DNA from: Candidatus Thermosaccharophagus tengchongensis
Lineage (GTDB): Bacteria; Armatimonadota; Fervidibacteria; Fervidibacterales; Thermosaccharophagaceae
Direction: 5' to 3' (one strand)
DNA length: 64,000 nt
NCBI GenBank assembly: GCA_032161105.1
Contig: JAVHTD010000003.1
The position numbers were made by a program, and so were the translations under genes. The notes under the pieces are model-generated. The model saw nothing but the letters and a program-made list of their open reading frames with translations, was not told the origin of the DNA and ran no database searches. This document shows positions 1-10,186 of the stretch, piece after piece (positions within the stretch are counted from its first letter, which is position 1; each line of letters starts with the position of its first letter).

Positions 1-2319
1 CCGTTTGCGAAATCGTGCAAGGTGACGGCCGACAAACCTCACGGGCAGTATTACCACATCACATATGTGACCTTCCCGAAGGATTGGCGAGTTGAGCCAT
101 TCAAGCTGCCATTGAGCGGGGAGCAAAAGGAGGCATTGCGCAAGGTTACGGACATCCTCAACCGCTCCGGCGAAGACCCAAAGCCAGTTAAGGGCGCTGT
201 TGAACGCTTCTCAAACAAAGTCACAGTTCCACCGGGGCAGCGCACCACATTAGTAAAGCTATCTGGCACTGGCATCATACGGTCGCTTCGCCTCAAGGTG
301 CAGTCAACGGAGAGGTGGGCGCTTCGCAAGCTGCTCTTGCTCTGCTACTGGGATGAAGAAACTGAACCAAGCATATGGTGTCCGCTCGGCGACTTCTTCG
401 GGGCTGGCTTTTACATCACCAAGTATGCGTCACTCCCGATCGGCATTACTGACGACGGCGCATATTGCTTCTTCCCGATGCCCTTCAAGAGAGGAGCACT
501 CATTGAGATGCTGAACGAGGGGCAGAGGGATGCGGAGATTGAGTTTGCCGTTGAGTGCGAGCGCGGCATTGAGCTCCCGGATAGGATTGGCTATTTTCAC
601 GCCAAGTGGCGCCGTGAGGCTCCATCTAAAACCTTTGATTACCCATTCATCGTGGCGAGGGGCATCGGGAAATATGTCGGCACAGTGCTCAACATTGACA
701 ACCCAGAGCCGGGTTGGTGGGGCGAGGGTGATGAAAAGGTATGGGTGGATGATGAGGCATTCCCATCCACATTCGGCACCGGCAGTGAGGACTACTTTGG
801 AGATGCATGGGGCTTCAGACCGTTCATTCACCCGTTGCATGGCTGCATACTCCGTGAGCGCCCAGACCATGCCGGAAAGACTTGCGTCTACAGGTGGCAC
901 ATAGCCGATGCGATACCGTTTTACAAATCGCTGCGCTTCACAATTGAGAACTACGGCACCGATAAGGATTACTCAAGCGTTGCCTATTGGTATCAGGTTG
1001 AACCGCATGAGGACTTCTTCAAACCGGAGAGCCTCGCCAATCGTCTGCCATGGGCAAAGCGCATAATCGGTGCAATTGAAATTGAGGATGTGAAGGCAGA
1101 GCCGAAGGACAAAGTTAAGATAGTGACGGATGAGGACATCCAAGAGGAGCTTTCAGGCGGGAGGGCTCTCCTGTTCACGCCGGAGAAGGACGGCGATACG
1201 CTGACGCTATCAATCCAGGTCAAGCGCGAGGATGTGTATGAGCTGGTCTTGCATTCCGCGGGTAAGCGTGCGCAGCCAGATTTTGAAGTGCTTGTTGATG
1301 AGAGACCGATGGGCAAGTTTGAATCACCGTTTTCTGAAACAACCGTGCTCCGCATAGGTAGGGTGAGAATGCGCCCAGATGTATCACATGTGCAATTGGT
1401 CACCCGATTGAAAGATGCGCGCCGACAGCTCCTTCTTGATGCGCTTGAGCTGCGTCAATCACAAAGGGTCCAGAGGGTGATTGAAGCCGAATCCCTCTCA
1501 ACCAAGTTTCCCGATGGCATTCAGGTGTCAATTGAGGATGGGCGTATGGACTGGAGCGGTTGGTCACAACTGCGCATTGACGCAACCGGTGCAAATCAAT
1601 GGGTTGAATTTAAACTGCCGAAGGAACTCATGGGCAAATTCATGCTCTCGGTGCGCATGACGAACGGACCAACATACGGAACTGCCCAGTTCAGCATCGG
1701 TGGGAAAGCGATAGGCAAGCCGATTAACTGTTACGCTCAGAATGAGCGACTTGGGCAGGAGGTGGTAGTTGGCATTTTAGAGCTCGCCGGAGACGATGCC
1801 AATGTGGTCCGCTGCGAGGTTGTGGGAAAGGATGAGCGCTCTGCTGGTTTCTCAATTGGCATTGACTACATCCGTCTGACGAGGGTGCTTGTTGAAGGCG
1901 CTATTGAAGCGGAGAGGATGAGGGTGGTGAAATTTGAGCGCTGCCATCCGGGAACGCAAAACATGGCGCCATGGGGCGCTGAGAGATGGAGCAACGAAAA
2001 TCAACTCTTCTGCCCGGGTGAACTCGGCGCATATGTGATGCTTGAATTTGATGTGGACACCGATGGAGTTTACGAATTGGAAGTCTACTTCACTAAGGCT
2101 CCGGACTATGGCATCGTTGAGGTGCTCATTGATGAGAAGCAAGTGGGCGAGCGCTTTGATGGTTACAGCGCAAAGGTTGAGCCATCGGGGAAAGTGAGCA
2201 TGGGCACTCTCAAACTGGGTGCGGGGAAACACACCATCACATTTAGGGTGGTCGGGAAGAACGAGAATTCAACCAACTACTTCATGGGCATTGACTGTAT
2301 AAGGCTCGTGCCGAGGTAG
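1..2319 (+). CDS. DUF2961/GH172-family glycoside hydrolase with three C-terminal CBM-like (galactose-binding fold) repeats; 5' end truncated by the window
   Basis: Motifs WWGEGDEKVWVD and FGTGSEDYF, plus YRWHIADAIPF and YSSVAYWYQ. Three ~140-aa repeats start IEIE/IEAE and end LDALEL/IDYIRL/IDCIRL. The frame is open from position 1. Confidence 0.85.
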   Translation, partial: PFAKSCKVTADKPHGQYYHITYVTFPKDWRVEPFKLPLSGEQKEALRKVTDILNRSGEDPKPVKGAVERFSNKVTVPPGQRTTLVKLSGTGIIRSLRLKVQSTERWALRKLLLLCYWDEETEPSIWCPLGDFFGAGFYITKYASLPIGITDDGAYCFFPMPFKRGALIEMLNEGQRDAEIEFAVECERGIELPDRIGYFHAKWRREAPSKTFDYPFIVARGIGKYVGTVLNIDNPEPGWWGEGDEKVWVDDEAFPSTFGTGSEDYFGDAWGFRPFIHPLHGCILRERPDHAGKTCVYRWHIADAIPFYKSLRFTIENYGTDKDYSSVAYWYQVEPHEDFFKPESLANRLPWAKRIIGAIEIEDVKAEPKDKVKIVTDEDIQEELSGGRALLFTPEKDGDTLTLSIQVKREDVYELVLHSAGKRAQPDFEVLVDERPMGKFESPFSETTVLRIGRVRMRPDVSHVQLVTRLKDARRQLLLDALELRQSQRVQRVIEAESLSTKFPDGIQVSIEDGRMDWSGWSQLRIDATGANQWVEFKLPKELMGKFMLSVRMTNGPTYGTAQFSIGGKAIGKPINCYAQNERLGQEVVVGILELAGDDANVVRCEVVGKDERSAGFSIGIDYIRLTRVLVEGAIEAERMRVVKFERCHPGTQNMAPWGAERWSNENQLFCPGELGAYVMLEFDVDTDGVYELEVYFTKAPDYGIVEVLIDEKQVGERFDGYSAKVEPSGKVSMGTLKLGAGKHTITFRVVGKNENSTNYFMGIDCIRLVPR

Positions 2320-2458
2320 CATTAGCAGGCGAGTTACACGGCACTTCAGCCACACTGCCGAAGGCGGCGAACGGCGGCTGCGGTGAGAAATTAATCGCCA
2401 TCGGCGGAGAAAAACTCCGATGCCACATGGAGCAAGTTGGTGAGGTTGGTGGTCATGG

Positions 2459-3460
2459 ATGAGAGCAGCGATTGTTGAGGCGCCTAATCAGCTCATCATC
2501 ACTGATATTGAGGAGCCGCAACCGGGCGAGGGTGAAATACTCGTTGAAGTGAGAGCCTGCGGTGTGTGTGGAACTGACTTGCACATTTACGATGGTCTAT
2601 TCCCGGCAAACTATCCGCTCGTGATGGGGCACGAATTTTGTGGCATCGTCGCGGCAGTTGGTGATGGTGTGAGCGGGATTTCGGTTGGCGAGAGGGTTGC
2701 CATCCAACCAAATGTCCCATGTGGCAGTTGTGAGCTGTGCCGATGCGGTCGCCCGAACCTTTGCGAGGGCTTACTCGCTTATGGGGTTCACTTGAATGGT
2801 GGTTTTGCGCGGATGTGCATCGTGCGCTGCGAGAATGCCTTTCCAATAGGCGATATGCCTTTTGAGGCTGGCGCATTCGTTGAGCCGCTGGCGTGCTGCC
2901 TGCACGGGGTCAACTTGGTGGGTGTTAACGCCGGTGATAGAGCCATAGTTTTCGGTGCCGGTCCGATCGGTCTGCTGCTTGCGCAAATTTGCAAATTGCG
3001 TGGGGCGAGCGAAGTTGTAGTTGTGGACATCGTTGAAGAGAGGCTTCAAGTGGCGAGTTCGCTCGGCTTCGTTGCATTGCTGGGCGATGAATTGAGCTCC
3101 GATGAAGCTGCACATGCACATTCGTATGAGTTGGCAATAGATGCTTCAGGCGCAACTGCAGTCATTGAGCGATTGACGAGGTTCGTCCGAGACGGTGGCA
3201 GAGTGCTCCTATTCGGCGTTGCTCCAATGGATGCTCAAGTTACCATAAGCCCGTTTGAAATCTACAGGCGTGAGTTGACGATTGCCGGCTCATTCAGCCT
3301 TGGCTACGAATTTGATGCCGCCATAAGGTTGCTCAACAGCGGGCAAATCCACTATGACCCGCTGATAACGCATCGCATGCCACTTGATGGGCTCCGAGAA
3401 GCATTGGAATACAAGCGCCGCGGCATCGGGCTGAAAACTATCATCTGCCCGAGCGAATGA
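2459..3460 (+). CDS. Zinc-dependent alcohol/sugar-alcohol dehydrogenase (MDR family)
   Basis: CGVCGTD, GHE, structural Zn motif CGSCELC-x7-C, and Rossmann GAGPIG. Confidence 0.92.
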   Translation: MRAAIVEAPNQLIITDIEEPQPGEGEILVEVRACGVCGTDLHIYDGLFPANYPLVMGHEFCGIVAAVGDGVSGISVGERVAIQPNVPCGSCELCRCGRPNLCEGLLAYGVHLNGGFARMCIVRCENAFPIGDMPFEAGAFVEPLACCLHGVNLVGVNAGDRAIVFGAGPIGLLLAQICKLRGASEVVVVDIVEERLQVASSLGFVALLGDELSSDEAAHAHSYELAIDASGATAVIERLTRFVRDGGRVLLFGVAPMDAQVTISPFEIYRRELTIAGSFSLGYEFDAAIRLLNSGQIHYDPLITHRMPLDGLREALEYKRRGIGLKTIICPSE

Positions 3461-3555
3461 AAGATTGCGCCACCCTTGGCTACCTCGTTGCAGCTTAACC
3501 TATCACAAGCTCTCATATGTCGCCTTCCAACCACCTCGGCTCAAAGGTGATTGAT

Positions 3556-4713
3556 ATGGCGGAGCAACTCACCATCGCAATTATTGGGTGCGGTGGCATG
3601 GCAGATGCGCATCGGCGCGGTTATCAAATGCTCTGGCAAGCTGGCTACAGGGAATTTCGCATCACTGCAACATGCGATGTGGAGGTAGAGCGAGCTGAAG
3701 CGATGGCTGAGAAGGTGGCTGAGTTTCAAGGCGTGCGCCCGAAGGCATACGGCGATGTGGAAAGGATGCTGGCAACCGAGAACGCTCTTATGGCTGCCGA
3801 TATATGCGTGCCGCACAATGAACATCATGTGATCGCCATCGCCTGCTTTGAAGCCGGGTTACATGTCACCGTTGAAAAGCCACTGGCTATAACGCTGCGC
3901 GCCGGGAGGAAAATGCTTGAGGTGGCGGAGTCAAAGGGGCGTATACTGCAAGTCGCAGAGAACTACAGGAGAACGCCGACACAGCGAGCCATCAATTGGG
4001 CGCTCAAGATGGGCTGGATAGGGAAACCGAGGATGATCTTTTGGGTGGACACATTTGAGCGCCTATGGTATTGGGGTTGGAGGGAGCATAAGGAGATAGC
4101 TGGTGGCGGTTGGACGCTTGATGGCGGTGTGCACTTTGCCGACTTGATGAGATACCACATTGGTGAAGTGGATGAGGTATTCGCGGTTAGCGAGACATTC
4201 CTTCCAGTGCGATACATGGAGCCGGAAAAGAGGGATAAGCCGGTTGAGATCAGTGTTGAAGATACCACCATGGCTTTGCTGAAGTTCAGCAACGGAGTGC
4301 TCGGACAATGGGTGCTGACAAGCGCGGCGCCGGGGAAAGGATACAACATGCGCGTCGTGTATGGTGAGGAAGGGTGCATTGACCTTCAGGATGGGTTTTA
4401 TGGACGCACCACACACGAGCCAATTGACGCACTCGTCAATAGATTCATGGAGAGCATAACTGATGAGGAGCGAGAGAGGCTTTTCCCGATGGGCATAACT
4501 GACTCTGTGGCGATAGAGTTGCATGAGTTCATTGAGGGCATCCTGCGCGAAAAGCCAATTGAGACCGACGGAATTGAAGGATATAAGTCGCAAGCTGTGT
4601 GCATGGCTGTCTATGAATCGGCATGGTTGAATTCTCCGGTGAAACTTGAAGCAGTCGCAAAGGGTGAAGTTGAGGGCTACCAAGCTGAACTGAATAGGCA
4701 ACTCGGTCTGTAA
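3556..4713 (+). CDS. Gfo/Idh/MocA family NAD(P)-dependent oxidoreductase
   Basis: IIGCGGMA, VEKPLA and DGGVHFAD motifs. Start placed at ATG 3556 after the RBS AAGGTGA. Confidence 0.9.
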   Translation: MAEQLTIAIIGCGGMADAHRRGYQMLWQAGYREFRITATCDVEVERAEAMAEKVAEFQGVRPKAYGDVERMLATENALMAADICVPHNEHHVIAIACFEAGLHVTVEKPLAITLRAGRKMLEVAESKGRILQVAENYRRTPTQRAINWALKMGWIGKPRMIFWVDTFERLWYWGWREHKEIAGGGWTLDGGVHFADLMRYHIGEVDEVFAVSETFLPVRYMEPEKRDKPVEISVEDTTMALLKFSNGVLGQWVLTSAAPGKGYNMRVVYGEEGCIDLQDGFYGRTTHEPIDALVNRFMESITDEERERLFPMGITDSVAIELHEFIEGILREKPIETDGIEGYKSQAVCMAVYESAWLNSPVKLEAVAKGEVEGYQAELNRQLGL

Positions 4714-4778
4714 GTCACGCTGATGCCAACAGGGCTAACATGCTCACAACTCACACTAAAGCGACAAGCAATGGGTGA

Positions 4779-4790
4779 GCGCGCTATAAT
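4779..4790 (+). promoter_or_regulatory. Putative sigma70 -10 element with GCGCGC extension, upstream of the corrinoid gene
   Basis: GCGCGCTATAAT with a perfect TATAAT at 4785-4790. The same 12-mer occurs upstream of rplS. Confidence 0.55.
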
Positions 4791-4863
4791 TGACACGACA
4801 ATTCGTGATGTGTGCCCAACATCTTCGAAAGGATGAGGCATGTTGTGTGGAGGTGAAATGCGG

Positions 4864-5511
4864 ATGGTGGACTTGAAAGAGCTCGCAGATGCTGTGATTA
4901 ATGGCAACCGAGATAAGGCTGTTCAGCTCACACAGCAGGCATTGAATGAGGGCATTGATGCGGCTCGGATACTTAACGAGGGATTGATCGCCGGCATGCA
5001 GGTTGTCGGCGAGAAGTTCAAGAACAACGAATTTTACATCCCCGAGGTGCTTGTTGCCGCCAGGGCAATGAAAGCAGCAATGGAGGTGCTTCGCCCAGTC
5101 TTGGCTGAGCGACCCGATGTTAAGCCGTTAGCAACTGTTGTAATTGGAACTGTAAGGGGCGACCTACATGACATAGGCAAAAACTTGGTGGCAATGATGC
5201 TTGAGGGAGCCGGATTTAAGGTGATTGACCTTGGGGTTGATACACCGCCAGATAAGTTTGTTGAGGCTGTGAAAGAGCACGGTGCAAAGATAGTTGGCAT
5301 GTCAGCGTTGCTCACCACGACAATGCCAGCGATGAAGGACACGATTGAAGCATTGAAGGCAGCTGGGATAAGGGACGATGTTATTGTCATGGTTGGTGGA
5401 GCGCCACTCACTCAAGAATACGCTGATTCAATTGGCGCGGATGGTTACGCCCCGGATGCGGCAAGTGCTGTTGATAAGGCAAAAGAGCTGCTGTCAAAAA
5501 GGGTTGCGTAA
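4864..5511 (+). CDS. Stand-alone corrinoid (cobalamin-binding) protein, MttC/MtbC-like
   Basis: B12 cap domain, DxHxxG motif (GDLHDIGKNLV), SALLTTT and GGAP. RBS GGAGGTGA at 4849-4856. Confidence 0.92.
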   Translation: MVDLKELADAVINGNRDKAVQLTQQALNEGIDAARILNEGLIAGMQVVGEKFKNNEFYIPEVLVAARAMKAAMEVLRPVLAERPDVKPLATVVIGTVRGDLHDIGKNLVAMMLEGAGFKVIDLGVDTPPDKFVEAVKEHGAKIVGMSALLTTTMPAMKDTIEALKAAGIRDDVIVMVGGAPLTQEYADSIGADGYAPDAASAVDKAKELLSKRVA

Positions 5512-5527
5512 GTGAAAGGCACATCTG

Positions 5528-6811
5528 CTATGCCAACCCGAGCCGGCGCAATGCTCGTCTACCAATATCGCGCCTGTAGTGCATCCCATCAAACGAGATC
5601 CGTGAGACTGCCTCATAAGCCCGCTTTATAGCGGTCGGGAAATCATCCCCAAGCGCCGTCACACCGAGCACCCTGCCGCCATTTGTTACGAGCTGCCCAT
5701 CCCTGATGGCAGTGCCGGCGTGAAATACGATCACATCCTCAAGCGCCTCGGCATCCTCAACGCCGGTGATTACCTTCCCCTTCTCATACTTCCCCGGATA
5801 ACCCCCTGATGCCATGACTACACAGACACAGCAGCGCTGTGATGAGCGCACTTCAACTTCGTTCAAATTGCCCTCCACAACAGCGTTGAGTATCGGCACG
5901 AGGTCACTCTCCATCAACGGCAGAACCGCCTGCGTCTCCGGATCCCCAAATCTGCAGTTATACTCAAGCACCTTTGGACCTTCATCAGTAAGCATCAGTC
6001 CGGCATACAGCACGCCCTTGTAGGGGCGCCTCTCTTCCGCCATTGCTGTCACAGTCGGCTTTATTATCGTCTCAATGATGCGCTCAAATAGGGCTTCATC
6101 AATCGCTGGCACCGGGCAATAGGCGCCCATGCCGCCAGTGTTTGGTCCTTTGTCGTCATCAAACACCGGCTTGTGATCCTGCGACGGCAACATCGGCTTC
6201 ACAGTTTCGCCATCCGTGAAGACCATGACAGAGGCTTCCTCACCTTCAAGGTAGTCCTCAATGACAATGAGGTCACCGGACGAACCAAACTCGCGCTGAA
6301 CCATAATCCTCTCAACAGCAGTAACTGCCTCATCAATGCTCTTGCATACGATGCTGCCTTTCCCCGCAGCGAGACCACTTGCTTTCACCACTATTGGCGC
6401 ACCATGTGAACGGACATACTTGAGCGCCTCATCTGGGTTGTCAAAGATTTCAAAATGCGCTGTCGGTATCCCATACTTGCGCAGCAGCTGCTTGCAAAAA
6501 GCCTTGCTCGACTCAATCTCAGCTGCGAGCTTATTCGGTCCGAAGATCTTGAGACCGCGCTTTTCAAACTCATCAACAATGCCTTCAGCAAGGGGCGCCT
6601 CCGGTCCAACCACTGTTAAGTCAATTCGCTCAGACTCGGCATAGCTTACAAGTGAGGCAATGTCCTCTGCGCTTATGTCAACGCACTTTGCAACCTTAGC
6701 TATGCCGGCATTCCCCGGGGCACAATGCACCTCCCTCACAAGTTGGCTTTGAGCTATCTTCCAAACGAGCGCGTGCTCTCGCCCGCCAGAACCAACCACC
6801 AACACCTTCAT
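5528..6811 (-). CDS. purD: Phosphoribosylamine--glycine ligase
   Basis: MKVLVVGSGGREHAL, GPNTGGMGAY, EYNCRFGDPE and TNGGRVL. Start placed at ATG 6811 after GGAGGTG. Confidence 0.97.
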   Translation of the reverse strand: MKVLVVGSGGREHALVWKIAQSQLVREVHCAPGNAGIAKVAKCVDISAEDIASLVSYAESERIDLTVVGPEAPLAEGIVDEFEKRGLKIFGPNKLAAEIESSKAFCKQLLRKYGIPTAHFEIFDNPDEALKYVRSHGAPIVVKASGLAAGKGSIVCKSIDEAVTAVERIMVQREFGSSGDLIVIEDYLEGEEASVMVFTDGETVKPMLPSQDHKPVFDDDKGPNTGGMGAYCPVPAIDEALFERIIETIIKPTVTAMAEERRPYKGVLYAGLMLTDEGPKVLEYNCRFGDPETQAVLPLMESDLVPILNAVVEGNLNEVEVRSSQRCCVCVVMASGGYPGKYEKGKVITGVEDAEALEDVIVFHAGTAIRDGQLVTNGGRVLGVTALGDDFPTAIKRAYEAVSRISFDGMHYRRDIGRRALRRLGLA

Positions 6812-6881
6812 GCGTCGCACCTCCCTACGCCGATAAGCTTTTTCTCCACATCGCGCCACGAAGCCAACGGCTTGTCCCAGC

Positions 6882-7979
6882 TCAAAGTGCACACCCAGCC
6901 GCAATTGATGCGATGAAGTCGCCAACTTCGGAGGTGCTCATCCCCATCTTCCCAGCCTCCATTGACTTTATCCTGCCGCTGCTCAGTGCACTCACGCATG
7001 CTTGCTCAATGCGCTTTGCTGTGTCGTGCTCCCCAAGAAACTCAACGAGCATCTGCATTGCGAGTATGGCTGCAATTGGGTTGGCAACATTCTTCCCAGC
7101 ATACTTTGGTGCTGAGCCATGAATCGGCTCAAACATTGATGTCCGCCCCGGATGTATGTTGCCGGAAGCAGCTATGCCCATACCACCTTGAATGATTGCT
7201 CCCAAGTCGGTTATGATATCGCCGAACATGTTCGTCGTGACGATGACATCAAACCACTCCGGGTTCTTAACCATCCACATGCAGCATGCATCAACATAAG
7301 CGTGGTCGGTCTCTATGTCGGGATACTCCTTTGCCACCTCCTCAAATGTGCGCTTCCAAAGCTCATGTCCGTAAGTGAGCACATTTGACTTGTCAACCAT
7401 TGTCACCCTCCTTTTCTTGCCACGCTGCCTTGCAAGCTCAAATGCGTATCTTATGCACCTCTCGGTCCCACGCCGTGTATATACAGCGACTTGGAAAGCG
7501 ACCTCATCCTTAGTGCCGCGCTTAAACCAACCACCAATACCGACATACACATCTTCGGTGTTTTCACGCACAACTACGAAGTCAATGTCTTCGGGGCGTT
7601 TGTCCTTAAGTGGCGTCCACACGCCCGGATAGAGTTTCACTGGGCGAAGGTTGATATAAAGGTCAAGCTCAAACCTGAGGCGCAGAAGCAAACCCCTCTC
7701 AAGCACACCCGGGGGCACATCCGGATGACCGATGGCGCCAAAGTAGATGGCGTCAAATTGACGCAGCTCATCAATGGCACTGTCGGGCAGTATCTCACCG
7801 GTGCGAAGGTATCTCTCACCGCCAAAGTCATAATGGAAAAGCTCATACTTCATCCCCGTAGCGGATGCGGCGGCTTCAAGCACTTTCAAACCTTCACGCA
7901 CAACCTCGGGTCCAATGCCATCACCGGGTATGACGGCTATCCTGTGAACCCTCCTCAATGTCTCCACTTTGAAAACCAC
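6882..7979 (-). CDS. leuB: 3-isopropylmalate dehydrogenase (isocitrate/isopropylmalate/tartrate dehydrogenase family)
   Basis: [26 protein letters not shown] and EPIHGSAP. Confidence 0.85.
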   Translation of the reverse strand: MVFKVETLRRVHRIAVIPGDGIGPEVVREGLKVLEAAASATGMKYELFHYDFGGERYLRTGEILPDSAIDELRQFDAIYFGAIGHPDVPPGVLERGLLLRLRFELDLYINLRPVKLYPGVWTPLKDKRPEDIDFVVVRENTEDVYVGIGGWFKRGTKDEVAFQVAVYTRRGTERCIRYAFELARQRGKKRRVTMVDKSNVLTYGHELWKRTFEEVAKEYPDIETDHAYVDACCMWMVKNPEWFDVIVTTNMFGDIITDLGAIIQGGMGIAASGNIHPGRTSMFEPIHGSAPKYAGKNVANPIAAILAMQMLVEFLGEHDTAKRIEQACVSALSSGRIKSMEAGKMGMSTSEVGDFIASIAAGCAL

Positions 7980-8158
7980 CCCGCCACAAACCCGAAAATG
8001 CTGTAGGCTTCATATGAGTGCGCTTTTAAGCCCCGCAGGTTTCGTGTGCAACACAGTTGCAACAAGAGGAGCGCAACAAAGGGAACACACCCCGCACAAA
8101 TGCAAGATGACTTCCAATTGGTCACAGGCAATGGATGGCAAAGCTTCTGGCAGTATGG

Positions 8159-9253
8159 TCACTCCAACTTGATCAGTTGAAATTCAGCGCGTATCGTTAT
8201 GCTCATTGGCACACGCCTCGGAAGCTGCGGTGCATTAATCCCCTCTTCATCCCTTGGAGGCGCATCCTCACTCGGAGCTTCCTCCCTTTCCTGCCCTTCG
8301 TTCTCCTCAACACCCTGAGGCTCATCAACTTGCTCATCGGTTCCCTTCGCCCCTTCACCACCTGTGCCCCTTTCACTTGCACCGCCCAGCTGCTCACGCT
8401 TGGGAGCGTTCAAGTCCGGTCCGATGACAGACGGAACTAAGTCCGGCGGCAACTCTTCAATCGGCACTGACATGCACACTTCAATTTCAATTGTCCCAGA
8501 TGCCTCCTCAACGCATCCGGCGTGACAGTTGAAACTAACCAGCGTTGTGCCTTTGTGGTGGGCTCGAACCCCATACATCGCCCTGAGTTCAATCGGGATA
8601 AACCAATCAAGCGGCAGATCATATTTCGTCTCAAGGTATGCGACTGTCTGACCCACAGGCAAAGCGGCAAGCCTGACAAGCCTTGTGTGTGTGACAATTG
8701 GGTGTCCACCGCCAATGTTGTGCTCAACTTGCCATGCATCCCCAACCCCCACTGGCTTATCCGGCAAACCGACACAGAGTGCCCCGACAGCTAAGCTCAC
8801 CAAATCCAAGCCAGCTGCTGCCTCAAAAACATCGCCAGCCGCAAGACCCTTAACAGCGATAACTTGCCCAAGTGGCGTCATCGTGATGCTGACCGTGTGG
8901 TTTGCAACCCTATCTATCTGCCTCCACCCCTGCCCAAAAAGGCGCATAATGCCCCCAACCACATTCACATCCATAACCAACTCTCCGGAGCGCATCTGGC
9001 GCTTAATCGCCGTTTCAATGTCTATGTTCGCGCTGAATTGCAACGGTGTGCGCAAAATCCCAAGTGTCGTTGATGCATCGGCACCGACAATCAACTTGTA
9101 TTTCCTGCGCCCACGGGCATCAACAGCATACCGCATTGTCACCTTATCAACTTTTGCATTTCCCTGCGGCTCACCGATGCAGATGAGCGGCTCCGTTGGG
9201 AACAGCAATAGCGCCGCTACTATGCCAAAGCAAATGGCATCCTTCCGAACCAT
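8159..9253 (-). CDS. Exported beta-rich hypothetical protein (possibly DUF6263-like) with an acidic low-complexity insert
   Basis: N-terminal signal-peptide-like segment, LPDKPVGVGDAW motif and an E/G/Q-rich stretch near the C-terminus. Confidence 0.6.
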   Translation of the reverse strand: MVRKDAICFGIVAALLLFPTEPLICIGEPQGNAKVDKVTMRYAVDARGRRKYKLIVGADASTTLGILRTPLQFSANIDIETAIKRQMRSGELVMDVNVVGGIMRLFGQGWRQIDRVANHTVSITMTPLGQVIAVKGLAAGDVFEAAAGLDLVSLAVGALCVGLPDKPVGVGDAWQVEHNIGGGHPIVTHTRLVRLAALPVGQTVAYLETKYDLPLDWFIPIELRAMYGVRAHHKGTTLVSFNCHAGCVEEASGTIEIEVCMSVPIEELPPDLVPSVIGPDLNAPKREQLGGASERGTGGEGAKGTDEQVDEPQGVEENEGQEREEAPSEDAPPRDEEGINAPQLPRRVPMSITIRAEFQLIKLE

Positions 9254-9314
9254 CTCCTGTTTAAGCCCCCTGTCATCGCGGCATCGTTCATCATTTGCAC
9301 CGTTGCCGACCCAA

Positions 9315-10163
9315 TTAATTTGACGCAGATGTCCGTTTCACTCCAACCTCGTCCAACCAACTTAAGACTTTGGACTTCGCTATCGCCTCCGTCAATGAGC
9401 GTCTCTCCGCATAGGCATGTAGTCCAATCCAAAGCACCAACACGGATAACTGAAATCCAAATGGTGTTGCCATCCAGATGAAGCTCCCGAGCGTCGCCCC
9501 AAGAAAGTTTGCACCGGCGTCACCGAGCATGGCACGACATGAAAAGTCATAAGGGGCATAGGGCAAGGTTGAGACCATGAGCATGGCAATTGTGAACCGT
9601 TCATTGCCGTGCGCCACAACGATGGAACACGCACATAAAGCCCAAAACACCTTCAGCGCGCGTGAGGGGCGTTTGTCAAGCAAGTTAATTCCGTTAGCCG
9701 ACAGGCAGATGAGCATAACGCCAAGCAGCCAATTGGGCAACAGCTTGGCATCGCCTTTGGCTTGCCAGAGAATAATTGCAGTCGCCCCGATGATGCCCCC
9801 GATGGCTTTGATCAACCCAGTTGTTACGCGGCGGTGATAAAGCAGTGCGCGAATGTGCCCACCAAGACCACGCCACAACCCATCTCCATAAAAGTCATCA
9901 ACCAATCCGATTGACAGAAACCAAGTTCCCACAAGCACCATGAGCGAGCATACGCTTGCGAGGTTGACGAAGAAGGGGCAAGCAACTGCGAGCTGCAACG
10001 CAAACGATGCGCATATGGCGATACCGCCGGAAGTGGTCACAAGTTGTCCGCGAAAATTCAGCCTCAACAAATCATCGCACCGCATCAGTGCGAGCATTCC
10101 CAAAGGGACAACCGCAAACGGGAACAGGATGACCATAGGAATGATTGACCACAAACCCATCAC
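9315..10163 (-). CDS. MraY/WecA-like (Glycos_transf_4) polyprenyl-phosphate sugar-phosphate transferase homologue
   Basis: Polytopic membrane protein with GLVDD, NGINLLD and MLGDAGAN motifs. Confidence 0.75.
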   Translation of the reverse strand: MMGLWSIIPMVILFPFAVVPLGMLALMRCDDLLRLNFRGQLVTTSGGIAICASFALQLAVACPFFVNLASVCSLMVLVGTWFLSIGLVDDFYGDGLWRGLGGHIRALLYHRRVTTGLIKAIGGIIGATAIILWQAKGDAKLLPNWLLGVMLICLSANGINLLDKRPSRALKVFWALCACSIVVAHGNERFTIAMLMVSTLPYAPYDFSCRAMLGDAGANFLGATLGSFIWMATPFGFQLSVLVLWIGLHAYAERRSLTEAIAKSKVLSWLDEVGVKRTSASN

Positions 10164-10186
10164 AGCAAAGCCACCATTTAAGCCAT

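Noticed and set aside
2399..2422. Hairpin CGGAG-AAAAA-CTCCG as an intrinsic terminator
   Set aside because: The stem is short and there is no U-tract.
4714..4863. Cobalamin riboswitch before the corrinoid gene
   Set aside because: The spacer is short and I saw no B12-box or GGGAA core.
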